Positions 11,260 through 22,001 of a DNA stretch of 64,000 nucleotides are shown here, piece by piece. The notes under the pieces were generated by a model. That model was not told the DNA's origin and searched no databases. It saw only the letters and a program-made list of their open reading frames with translations. Position 1 is the stretch's first letter. Every line of letters starts with the position of its first letter. Source of the stretch: Schizochytrium sp. TIO01. Its lineage: Eukaryota > Protista > Bigyra: Labyrinthulomycetes. Both the position numbers and the translations under genes were made by a program. The stretch is taken from NCBI GenBank assembly GCA_004764695.1, contig SMSO01000035.1, forward strand, positions 2,108,001 to 2,172,000. The letters run 5' to 3'.

Positions 11260-12060
11260 CCTGGGCTGACGTGGACAATAAAGATGATTCGCAGCTGCAA
11301 AGTTTGGAGACAGCGCATTGCACGAGCACGAGCTCGTCTGTGGCAGAGCGTGCCAAAGGAACTGCCTCTACTGCGTAGACGCTGATAAAACGCGGCGAAA
11401 TCAAACCGGGAGCTAGAAAAGTGGAAGCCTTTTCAGGCAACGTTGCGAAACAAATAGAATTGATTGCCACTAAAGATTTATTTTATTTCTTCAGGATTGG
11501 AAAACATTATGATACATGATGACATAGGCACTAAGTATACCTAAGAGTACCTAGTAGAGTGCTGCTACCTAGATACTAACGCGAATAATCAGGCAACACA
11601 ATCAAGATTGCAAACCAAGCTCGCAAAACCCGAACTCACTCGGGCACTTGACCGCTCGGTCGCTCGGGAGCGGAGAGGGGCGCACGAGGCTCTCGTCGTG
11701 AGGTCACGGTGGGCCCTCGCGAGTTTCCCTCAGAAGGCTCTCGAGCAGACGTCTACGTGTGTGGAACTACGACGTTACAGCGAACCCGTGCGGCATCCCG
11801 TTGGTTTCGGTCGACGTCAAGAAGCTTTTCGGCGTTAAAGCGAAACAACCCAAAGCGTATACCTTCGCTGTCGGGAAATCAAAAAGGTTTTGGGATACAT
11901 ACACATACGTATTCTTTACTTGATATAAACGCGTGTGCACAAATTTAGGGACGAAGCAAAGCTTGAAAACTCAAAAGCATTACTTTTGAGTGATTCACAT
12001 TAGATCTTGGGAAGAGAGGAAACCGCCAGGCTTTGTTTGTGTCTTGGATAGCTTGACAAG

Positions 12061-15000
12061 ATGGCGAGTGGGCAGACATATTCGAATAGTTTTCTAGAAC
12101 CGTTGTTGGGTGCCGATGAGAGTAGCTTTGAGCAGAGGCAAGATAGGCCAGTACCACGGATTTCGAGTGCTAGTTCTTACAGCTTCAATGATGGAAATAT
12201 AGATGATGAAGAACATGCGAGTGTTCACCACCACCGCTTGTACCAATCTATGTGGAACAGCTACCGCGACGAAGGAGGAACATGTGTCCAGCGACTTCTC
12301 CGCAAACTTCGTGCTCACTGGAACTCCTTGCGAACACCGAATCGTGAGGAAGGGCTTGACTTTGACACGTCGGAGAATAAATTGTACTCACAACGTGTTG
12401 AAGAACTTACACAAGTGTCCGCGTCCGGTGGAGTATTGCAAAATGTCGAGGCTGTGCGTTGGCTAACAGGTCTTGTCATAGCAATTATTGTCGGTTGCCT
12501 TGCCATCATTGTAGATGTTAGCGTGACTGCACTTGCAGGCCACAAATTTAGTGAAGTGAACTACCGACTCGACCATGAGAAGGCCCCGCGAGCGTTTTTA
12601 TATTATGCTGGCTACAACATGCTTTTTGTCAGCATTGCCACGGCGTTTGTTGCATTCTTGGACCTCAAAGCCAAAGGCAGTGGCATCCCAGAGATTAAAA
12701 GCTACCTCAATGGCCGAAAGATTCATCGTGTCATCTCCATTCGTACATTAGTAAGTAAGCTTGTGGGAGTTGTTTTCAGTGTCTCTGGGTCCCTTGTGTT
12801 GGGAAAAGAAGGCCCTATGATGCATGCTGGAGCTGTTGTAGGCGCGATCATATCTCAAGGACGAGACGAGTTTTACTCGTTCGGGCTAGGTATTCTTTCG
12901 TTCCGCAGTGATAAAGAAAAGCGCTCTTTTGTTTCGCTGGGTTGCGCTTGTGGTGTTGCTGCTGCTTTCTCGGCGCCTCTCGGTGGCGTTCTTTTTGTTA
13001 TTGAGGAAGCAGCATCATACTGGAGCGTTCGCCTCACATGGCTCACATTCTTTGCCACTATGGCATGCGCTTCATTTGTTGATGTGGTCCTCTCAGGTGC
13101 AAAGGATACTGCTGAGTGGGGTCTCATGTCACAATCTGCTGTTGTTTCATTTGGCAGTTTCGAAGGTGCCTCTAGAGATCCGTGCTATCCTATGCAACCC
13201 CCATACCGATTCATGCAGCTTCCTCTTTTCGTTCTCATTGGTGCGATGGGCGGCCTTCTCGGGGCCGCTTTTAACTCTCTCAATCTTGTTTTAAGCCGCA
13301 TTCGTACCAAATATATCGTGGACCCACGAGTGCGTCTGGTCGAGTCTCTCATTGTTGCCCTTATTTCTTCCACAGTATTTTTTGGCCTCTCGTATGCCTA
13401 TCCTTGTCGATCACGAAAGGATGTTCATTACGCATCTTGGACAAATAGCAACCCTGTTCACCCAGTCAAGAATAGTACCTGCGAGCTTATTGCAATGAAT
13501 GGTCACATGTGTGACGGTGATGATGAAGTTAATGACCTCGAAACTCTGATGCTGAGTTCGCTTGATTCAGCTGTTCGACGCCTTTTCCATAGTGAAGCTC
13601 TGTACGCTTGGCCAGCCTTGCTTTTGTTTGGCTTCACTGTTTGGATGTTAGCTTGTTTTACGTATGGCACCAGCATTCCTAGCGGACTTTTCGTTCCAGC
13701 CATCACTATCGGCGCTGCCTTGGGACGTGCATTTGGTCAGGGTTTGTGGTCTGTCGACAATGGCTCCTTTATGAATATATTTGGTATCATTGACCCGGGC
13801 ACGTACTCACTCCTTGGAGGAGCGGCAATGCTCGGTGGTGTTACGCGGATGACAATCTCTATCGTGGTGATTCTTATGGAAACGACGAATAACTCAACCT
13901 ATGCAATTCCTCTCATGGTCACAATTATGTCTGCAAAGGTAGTAGGAGATCTTTTCACAGACGGCCTGTATGATATGCATATTGAGCTCCAAGGAATCAA
14001 ATTTGTGCATGACCAACCACCTCCGAATGCGCACAAAATTAGGGTACGTGACATCATGGTGAAACAGCCCGTAGTGTTTAATCTTTTCGAACGTGTAGGC
14101 GATATCTTACAGGTTCTACAAGACTGCTCACATAATGGCTTTCCTGTAGTGTCACACATCTCAATCGCTCACCACAACCGCAGATCAAGTGTAGACATTG
14201 ACTCCACTGCAAGTTTACACCGCACAACCTCTGAAAACTCGACAGAAATGGCAGACCGCCTTATAAGACCTCCAACTCTTGGAGAGCAGCGTAGATTCGT
14301 AAGCCATCGCAGTCTTGGCAGCCGCTCCGATCTGGATGCTACTTTGTTTCGTACAGGATCTGAACAAAAATCAACATCTAACAAGAGCACGCGTCGTCGT
14401 AATGTGAAAGGACGCAAGCGGCGTGCCAATTCTCAACGTACTAACCTTGATGCAGATGAGGTCGATGAAGTTAGAGGAAAGGGGATATTTGAAGGAACAA
14501 TCCTACGTAGTGAACTACTTATTCTCTTGTTTGAACGCGTCTTTGTTGATAACAATGCATCTTTTCAGGATCGTATGAAGCGAAAGGGAGCAACTATTGC
14601 TTGGAGAGATTTCTTCAAACACTATCCAAGATCACCGAGTATTCGCGATGTTTTGACTAGACTTTCAGAGGAAGACTTTGACCGTGTAGTAGATCTTCGT
14701 CCCTACCTCAACTCAAGCGCTTTAACAGTTCACCACTCTGTTTACGTTTCACGTGTTCACCAACTATTCCGCCATCTTGGGCTACGCCACTTAACTGTGG
14801 TCAACACGTCTAATCTTGTGGTTGGAATTATTACCCGCCATCAATTACATGAACTCGAACACCAACAAACACCAATTGTTGTCCCCGCAGACGCACCAGA
14901 GGATGATGCCGGAGGAAACGAGCAACAAAACACCAACGGAGAATCTCCAGATATCGAAGCTCAACAGAGATCATTTAATCGTCTAAGATCCTTTGGCAGT

Positions 15001-15444
15001 GGACAATCGAACCAAACACCGAGCCCTGCACCAACTGCAGCCACATTCACCCCTCGCACTCTCATCCATGATCACTTTGATCTCCGAGAAGAAGATGATA
15101 ATGGATCTCGAAGCACACGGAGAACTACAAATCCATTTTTAAGCTATTCTGCTGGTCAAGACCACAACAGTAACTTCGATGACACTGACGATTACAACAA
15201 CAATGATGATCAAGACAATGATGAAAATGATGCAAACAACATCAATGATGATGATAGCCATATTGATGATGACGATGAATATGACTATGACGACAACGAT
15301 GAACATGCAGGTGGTCTAATTGAGGGAGCTGAAAATGACTCAGATGAATCCAGATCTGAACGAGCAGCAGTCTTACCTCCGCATGTCCGCGACAAAAATT
15401 CTTGGAGGTCACTCACAAGCAAGCGCACACCACCGAATACTTAA
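12061..15444 (+). CDS. CLC-family Cl-/H+ exchanger (CLC-6/7-like, endolysosomal/vacuolar type) with two CBS domains and an acidic tail
   Basis: CLC signatures GSGIPE, GKEGP (gating Glu), GVAAAFSAPLGGVLFVIEE (proton Glu), GLFVP, GGVTRMTIS and GLYD; CBS motifs HNGFPVV and LFRHLGLRHL. Confidence 0.96.
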   Translation: MASGQTYSNSFLEPLLGADESSFEQRQDRPVPRISSASSYSFNDGNIDDEEHASVHHHRLYQSMWNSYRDEGGTCVQRLLRKLRAHWNSLRTPNREEGLDFDTSENKLYSQRVEELTQVSASGGVLQNVEAVRWLTGLVIAIIVGCLAIIVDVSVTALAGHKFSEVNYRLDHEKAPRAFLYYAGYNMLFVSIATAFVAFLDLKAKGSGIPEIKSYLNGRKIHRVISIRTLVSKLVGVVFSVSGSLVLGKEGPMMHAGAVVGAIISQGRDEFYSFGLGILSFRSDKEKRSFVSLGCACGVAAAFSAPLGGVLFVIEEAASYWSVRLTWLTFFATMACASFVDVVLSGAKDTAEWGLMSQSAVVSFGSFEGASRDPCYPMQPPYRFMQLPLFVLIGAMGGLLGAAFNSLNLVLSRIRTKYIVDPRVRLVESLIVALISSTVFFGLSYAYPCRSRKDVHYASWTNSNPVHPVKNSTCELIAMNGHMCDGDDEVNDLETLMLSSLDSAVRRLFHSEALYAWPALLLFGFTVWMLACFTYGTSIPSGLFVPAITIGAALGRAFGQGLWSVDNGSFMNIFGIIDPGTYSLLGGAAMLGGVTRMTISIVVILMETTNNSTYAIPLMVTIMSAKVVGDLFTDGLYDMHIELQGIKFVHDQPPPNAHKIRVRDIMVKQPVVFNLFERVGDILQVLQDCSHNGFPVVSHISIAHHNRRSSVDIDSTASLHRTTSENSTEMADRLIRPPTLGEQRRFVSHRSLGSRSDLDATLFRTGSEQKSTSNKSTRRRNVKGRKRRANSQRTNLDADEVDEVRGKGIFEGTILRSELLILLFERVFVDNNASFQDRMKRKGATIAWRDFFKHYPRSPSIRDVLTRLSEEDFDRVVDLRPYLNSSALTVHHSVYVSRVHQLFRHLGLRHLTVVNTSNLVVGIITRHQLHELEHQQTPIVVPADAPEDDAGGNEQQNTNGESPDIEAQQRSFNRLRSFGSGQSNQTPSPAPTAATFTPRTLIHDHFDLREEDDNGSRSTRRTTNPFLSYSAGQDHNSNFDDTDDYNNNDDQDNDENDANNINDDDSHIDDDDEYDYDDNDEHAGGLIEGAENDSDESRSERAAVLPPHVRDKNSWRSLTSKRTPPNT

Positions 15445-15557
15445 ACATCCCTGAGAAACCAATCCTTCGACATTGATAACAAAAACATAACAAGACAAGA
15501 CAAATTTAAACAAAAAGAATTTACATTAGCTTCAAGACTGGTTAGATATAAAAAAAA

Positions 15558-18500
15558 TTACTCTTCTTTGTCGGTAGCCTCGGTCTCCTTCTTCTTAGTA
15601 TCCTTACCAAAATCGGGAGAAGGCACCTCAAGGGAACCATGTGGGAACTTCTTAAGGATTGACGCCTTAAGGTCATCTAACAGGGACTGAGAGGCTCCAA
15701 GGCCAGTCAGCTCTTCATGCATATCAGAAAGATCCTGGAAAAAGGCAGACTCCGGGAGATCACCCACTATGGAGGTCAAGGTTTTCTCAGCAGACTCAGC
15801 AACTTGAGCATCAACGCGAATCATCGCTACAGCTGCAGCAACGCGACTCGAGATGGAAGGGCTACCAGAGTTCTCCTTGAAAAAAGCGCTAGCTGCATCA
15901 GAAGGCGACCCATCAATAAGAGGCGCTGCATGAGACTCTACAGCAGTTCTAACAGACTCGGGGATCTCAACACTTTCAGAGATGGCAACGTTGACATCTT
16001 CATCAGAAGTAGACTTTCCAGCCCAAGGGGCATAAGTAACCTTACTGCTTTGCACAAGCTGAATAAACGGAGCGAGACGACTGAATACAGCAGGATTCTT
16101 GGCACCCCCAGGAGCCAAATCAACAGCACAGCACAGAGCACGAAGGGCCTGAAGGTACTTGCCACGGCGCACTTCCACATCAAAGATGCAAAGTTGCGTA
16201 TCAAGACGGGACGGGGCAAACTTGCGAAGAACTTCACAAAGCTTGTGCGCTTCCTCGAGAGGACTATCCGCATATTTTGCGAGAAGCTTAGCCCCCTTGG
16301 GGTCCTCATCAGTCGCAACACGAGAACGCTTGGCCTTGTCCTCGCCTTCATCCTCTCCTTCTTTCTTCTCACCCGACTCTTCCTCTTGCTTACGCTTCGC
16401 CTCCTCTTTACGAGCCTTGGCCTTAGCCTTCTTCTTTTCAGCAGCAGACATGCCAGAGAAACTATCTTCAGAGGATTTCTTAGCACCACCTGAAGAGCCT
16501 TCCTCACCGTCGCCAGACTTGGATGGAGCATCCTTCTTAGCTTTCTCAACAACAGCGGAGTACTTCGCTGGCTTATCATGAAGCTCGAGGAGACAATCAA
16601 TAACGCCCTTAGCCGCACGACCATACGCGGGATGTCCGCGAACATGGTCCTCATAACGAATTGTAGATACATATGCGCGCATTGTAGCCTTGCGCAAGCA
16701 ATACAAGTGGAATTCAAGTTGGTCTTCTTCAAAGTCATCGTAATGCTCAACAATGGCTGCATAGAACTTCAGAGCAAGTTGAAGGTCTCCAATCCTCTTG
16801 AAAGAGCGGGCAATTTCGATTTCAAACCAAACAGCCTGCATCTCTTTGAGGTAGCCACGGCTGTCACCCTCGTGTTTGGTGAAAAGACCAACCACATCTT
16901 CGGCCTTGTCAATCTGACCGGCTCTTAACAGATACTTGGTAGCCTTGGAGTTAATCCACTTGTCTGCAAGGTCGAGTTCCCGGCCCGACTCCATTGCAGC
17001 AGCAGCACCAATAAAATCTCCCATATGCTTGAGGATCCGTGCTTTAACCTGTAAAATTCAACGAACTAGATGTTAGATATCCCTGTCATACAACAAACAT
17101 ACAAATTGTTTTTCATTCAATGCCAACAATGACTTGAAGATCATATCATGGATGTTCACCCAACGAGCAATACCAGCACCAAAGGATCAGCAAACGTTGT
17201 TTTCATGGACGGGTGACCGTAGTCCCAGTCCTCTAAAGGTGTAGAATAGAATTTTTGCCATCATCTCCAACGTTGCTGGTCTTGTTCCATCTTTGAACAA
17301 ACTGATAAACAATAAAGATAAGCTGAGAATTTCAGCAAAATAAAACGAGATGCACTTACTACAAAAAGATCCAACGTGGTCGGCGTGTGCTCAATCGCCC
17401 TCTCAATCGTTGCAAGCGCCTTATCCTGTTATCGATGAAGCCATTGAAAACATGTTAGTACTTCCAAGTTGCTTAACCCAGACACAAACACTAAACCCCT
17501 CCAGCCCAGCCCAGTGCGTAAATGCCATGCTACTGAATGTTAAAAATCCATCAGAATGCTAAAGTTGTTTGCTCCTCAAAGTATTTCAGTACAGGTCTGT
17601 GAATAGTTCTTTCCTCCCGCGGATCTGTCAACAATCTAGCAGCGCACGCCACAGTGCGCATAAACATTTACACACAAGATTAACACCACCTACCCACCTT
17701 CGACCCACTTCCCCAAAACATCTGCGTGTTCTGCACATTGTCATTGTCAAAAGGACCCGTCCATCAGAATGCTAAAGTTGTTTGCTCCTCAAAGAATTTC
17801 AGTACAGGTCTGTGAATAATTTTTTCCTCCCGCGGATAAGAAGCTTAACAGACAATGAGACAGAAAGCAGAACACACAACTACCCAAAACACCCCACCCC
17901 ACCATCACACCAACTGTTGCAGGCACTTCGGTGCCTGCATAGATACTCAGATGACTTACGGACTCCGACATCATGTCATAGTGTTGTGCGAGAAAGAAGA
18001 GAGCCCACAATAACATTGTAGGCGACTCCTTTTCCTTGACAGAATCTCCCTCCAAGGCGGGAAGCTCACTTGTGGCATCCAGTGACTTGACGTAGCCCTC
18101 CACGAGCTCACCAAGAATCTGAACACGTTCCATCGCTTGCTTCTGAATTGACTCTGAAACATCGATGTTGTTACGCAATGCCATTTTATAGATAGGGCGA
18201 AGAGATGAGAAAAGCGAGGGAACGCCCTTTCGCATAGACTGACGAAGAAATCCATCTGCATGTGTGCGAAAAGCCTCACCCTGCAGGTAACCCATGGGGA
18301 TACGACGCACAGAAGTTGGCTTACGCTTCACCGTACCAAATAAATCTTCATACTGCTGCTGTAATGCTGCAATTTGTTCCTCGGAAAGTCTGTAGATTTT
18401 TTAACAGCGTCAAGTTAGTGTTTCGAACCTTGTAAAACCTCAACGTTCGCCAAACCACAGAAGTTGCACACATGTGATACAGTAGACGCTAGATATGACT

Positions 18501-20379
18501 AGATTCTCAGACTGCACCAAAAGATGCGAGTTTCGCTCACCAAGATAACCTGACCCCCGGAGGGTTCTCCCGCGTAATCGCGAGTCCGAGGCAGAGGGCT
18601 ATCCGTATTTGACGATCTGAAGTTTACATCATCGAAAAAATCATATAGGTCTACGGTAAAAAGAGGTGTGCACCATTTTTGGAAACTAAAAAGTTCTGGG
18701 TTTGGCATGCATGGACGGATAAAAATTCACTTACTCCATGGTATCAGCAGGAAGTCTAGAGTTCTCCATCTTACTGACATTCTTCAAACCAAGCGCACAT
18801 GCCTGTAGTTTTGTAAAAAAAATATTAGAAAACGTGTTAGTTCCAACTTGAACAGATCAGAGATAGACAGCATGACATCTTCATATAAGCCCATGTATGT
18901 AAAATCAAAAACTGATATCTATTCGTATGTAGCATGCTCCGTTTCCTCATATCAAGATAGACTGCACGATAAAAAGGAATTTCTAAGAGCGGGCCTTACT
19001 ATCCGCGATACAAAGGCAACTCATATGGTATTTCCCAGAAGGAACCAGAAAGTCGTGGCAGAAAGGATCGCGTTTAAGTTTTTGAGATACTTGCATAAAG
19101 GACTGAAAAAGTTATTCACGCTATAGAGCAACGATTTACTTACCTGCAGGTCACGATGATACATGTAGTTTTCAGGATTGCGCTTAATCAGGAGAGTTAG
19201 AAGCTGACGGGCTTCATCAGAGCGACCAAGAGCGAGAAGAAGCTCAACCTTCTTTTCAAGCCAGGCATTTCGATCTAAAATATCATAGAAGTGACGGTCT
19301 AAGTGGTCAAGAGCAGCCTGCTTATCACCGATCTCTTCAAGAATTTGTAACTTGTACATAAGAATCTCACTCTCTTCGTACGAAGCGTCGCGCTCTGCAG
19401 GAAGCGTGGTGAGGTATTGATCGAGGATTGTGATGGCCATTTTGAGGTTTCCACTGAGATGCTGACCAAGACTGCGAAATGTTTTAACCAATCATGAGGT
19501 AGTATAGTTAGTTTACCGAGTTCAAATCAGGCCATAGAAAAATGACGCATAGACAGTCGGGGAGTGTCACGGCAAGAAAAGTATTGGATGACCGTGCATT
19601 GGGTGATGCGGACGTGAGTGGGGATTACTGATGAAATCTCGCCAGCGACCTTATATGCACTGTGTTCAGAGAACAGTATTGTTGGCTATGTTTTGACTGG
19701 TCCAGAGTGAAAAAGTGCCCTGCAACCAGCTTCGATCAAGCCTATTTAAAACCGTGTTTTGGGATGCCTTTGGACTTTGAGTACAGATTCGTGAAGTAAA
19801 AACACGTTTCCACAAAACATCTAAAGGGTGTGAAAGAGTTGAAATTACGTACCTGTATCCGAGCCAGTTGCTGCGGAGACCGCCTTGTTGACGAACAAGG
19901 TCAAGGCGGCAAGCTGTGAAACCTGGCATATCGCGAATCTGAATCTGAAGAACAGACAGCTCGCGGACGATCTGAAGGTTGTTCGGGTTGAACCTGACAG
20001 CCATCTGGAAACACTTGATGGCTTCCTTGTAGTTTTTGTCGCTACGGTTGATCATTCCGTAGACGTGCCAGCAGACGGCGCTTTTGATGTTGTAGCGCAC
20101 GCCGAGCTTGGCAAGCTCATAGGCCTTGTCCTTCTCGCCCATGCTGTTGTACACGAGGCCCTTCATGGCATTGGTCTCGCCATGTTCGGGAAACTTCTTC
20201 AAGACTGTGTCTGCAGTCTTGATGGCCTTCTTGTACTGCTTGCTCTCCTGAAGTCTGATGAGCTCTTTGAAGAGCCCATCCTCCTTCTTGGGCAAGACCT
20301 GCGTGTTCGCGCCAGCGGCTGCTGGCGCCGCCGGTGCGGCGGCAGGGGCCTTTTTGGCCACCGCTTTCTTCTTGCCCAT
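15558..20379 (-). CDS. NAA15: N-alpha-acetyltransferase 15, NatA auxiliary subunit; six exons: 20379-19853, 19471-19144, 18802-18735, 18389-17960, 17425-17360, 17048-15558
   Basis: Motifs LPKKEDGLFK, HGETNAMKGL, SAVCWHVYG, KGVPSLF, AIEHTPT, KARILKH, LDLADKWIN and DQLEFHLYCLRK. All five introns have GT(A/AAGT)...CAG ends and join in frame on manual check. Confidence 0.93.
17546..17624 (-). ncRNA. Intronic box C/D snoRNA, SNORD25/snR56-like (copy A)
   Basis: Minus strand reads UCACAGACCUGUA-CUGA (D'), antisense to the conserved 18S ACAGGUCUGUGA. It also has a UGAGGA C' box, a terminal CUGA D box and an AUCC/GGAU closing stem; the C box is degenerate (GGGAGGA). Confidence 0.75.
17759..17837 (-). 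ncRNA. Intronic box C/D snoRNA, SNORD25/snR56-like (copy B)
   Basis: Near-identical duplicate 213 bp from copy A; the internal substitutions fall outside the guides and boxes. Confidence 0.75.
18925..19075 (-). ncRNA. Candidate intronic H/ACA snoRNA (NAA15 intron 2)
   Basis: Hairpin CGCGAU...AUCGCG, hinge AUAGUA (ANANNA H box), second hairpin GCUC...UUCCU...AGGAA...GAGC, then ACA plus 3 nt. Confidence 0.5.
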
Positions 20380-20816
20380 TATGGAACTGCTGCCGCCCCG
20401 CCTCTCGCGAATGCCGCTTCCTCGCAACAACGATTGGTCGTTGCGTGAATGGTCGGTCTGCAGTGCTCTGAGAAGCTATCTGCACTCCCTTCGAGTAAGC
20501 GAATTAGCGAATGATTCATTCTCATTCATTCCCATTCATCACTCATTCATTCATTCATTCATTCATTCATTATTTCACGCACCCTCAGTCCCTTATCATG
20601 CACACGGAGGCCACGCTAGTGCGTCCCACCTTAAACGCCAAGTCCTCCCAACCATCCAAAACAGAGACACAGAGTATCAGAGAATCAGAGAAACAGAATG
20701 AATGTCTCATTACACGTAATAAAGCACTACTACAGAATAGCGCCTCTAAGTTTCATTTAAAGATATTTTCATTCTCAATTTCAAAACAAACCTCTCTTAG
20801 AGAGAGTCACCGTTAT

Positions 20817-20915
20817 CTTTCTCTCTCTCTCTTTCTCTCTCTCTCTCTTTCACTCTTTCTCTCTCTCTCTTTCTCTCTCTCTCTTTCTCTCTTTCTCTCT
20901 TTCTCTCTTTCTCTT
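20817..20915. repeat. (CT)n-rich microsatellite upstream of NAA15
   Basis: Imperfect CT/CTTT run. Confidence 0.9.
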
Positions 20916-21884
20916 CAACGACAAAGAGTACAGCTGGCGCAGCGTGTTAAGAGTCACATACGCCCTGCTAAGGTCCCGCGCTATGAGTGGTAGGAAAGCA
21001 TAGGTAACTCATGGATGGATGGATGGATGAGATGAGTCTACCGCCGCATTTAATGGGAGACAAAAAACACGCAGCTCCATCTCGGCGTCAAGCTCGATGC
21101 TCAGGACGGCAGAGCTCAAGAGCTGCTCCTAAAATGCTCCAACTTCGACTGGGTGGACGATGGCCACGATTTGGCCAAGGTTTACGCAGCGCAGCGATTC
21201 TCGGGAGCAATTTGGAGATGAAATCTGAAGATGTTTGCAATCTTGAAATCGCACCTTATTTCCACTGTATGGAGACGCTGATAGGGTTCACTTAGGGTAA
21301 AGTCCTAAGAGGGGGATCCTTAAAACGTCGATGGTCAACGTTAACAAACATAACATTTGCGAAGCAAATGAAAAAACCAACCTGTGCCATTAATTTGGAG
21401 AGCTAGCTGTGCGTTGGAAATCAAGGGCGGAGTGCAGCTATTTTGACCAGGATGTGGCTGCGATAAAGGCATAGGCGTACCAACTCGATCGATATCCATA
21501 TCTGCGAATCCTGCTTTTCAACTATTTTTTTTTTATGATGGTTTTCTTTTGTGGTTTTTATTTCGTTTTTTTTAAAGTTACTTCCGCATTTTCTTTTTTC
21601 CTTTTCTCTCGGAGGCCGAAATGTCCCATCCGCCTTAAATAGTATAGCTGCAGTGCATATGATACCAGTGTGTTTAAGGTGCTATAAATTACTAAGCTGG
21701 AGCGGCGATACCTAACGAGGTTAGGGACATAGAAAAAGGGCGCAAACAAGCGCCGAAAGTGGTTTGGGGGGGAGGGAAAAAACAGCAATGTTCGCGAAGA
21801 AGTGAAAGGTGATGTTAGCAGATAGTAATAGATAATGTGCTAGGTAATGAAGTGAAGTAGTGCTCTTTTAGGTTGTATAGTTGA

Positions 21885-22001
21885 AGGTCGATCTCTTAGA
21901 TTTTAAACTACAAAATTTGCAAAACTTGCATTTCATAGAAGGAGCTAAGACTCCATCACGGACTAGTTAGACTAACCCGCGACTCAATGAAATGATTTTT
22001 T
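21885..22001 (-). ncRNA. Putative Fanzor omega-RNA scaffold
   Basis: Directly after the stop codon: a CAUUUCAU...AUGAAAUG stem enclosing hairpins GCGGGUUAG/CUAGUCCGU and GGAGU/GCUCC, then UGCAA/UUGCA. The position matches TnpB/Fanzor omega-RNAs. Confidence 0.55.

Noticed and set aside
15717-16928. Antisense and alternate-frame ORFs over NAA15 (likewise over CLC, the coiled-coil genes and MRPL34)
   Set aside because: Shadow ORFs caused by codon bias; no motifs.
17546-17837. Direct repeat as a CRISPR array or an rRNA fragment
   Set aside because: Only two 79-nt units in a eukaryotic intron; the 12-nt rRNA match is explained as a snoRNA guide.
21290-21800. Possible snRNA or tRNA between NAA15 and the Fanzor end
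   Set aside because: No cloverleaf or snRNA consensus recognised; no tRNA or rRNA gene was identified anywhere in the window.
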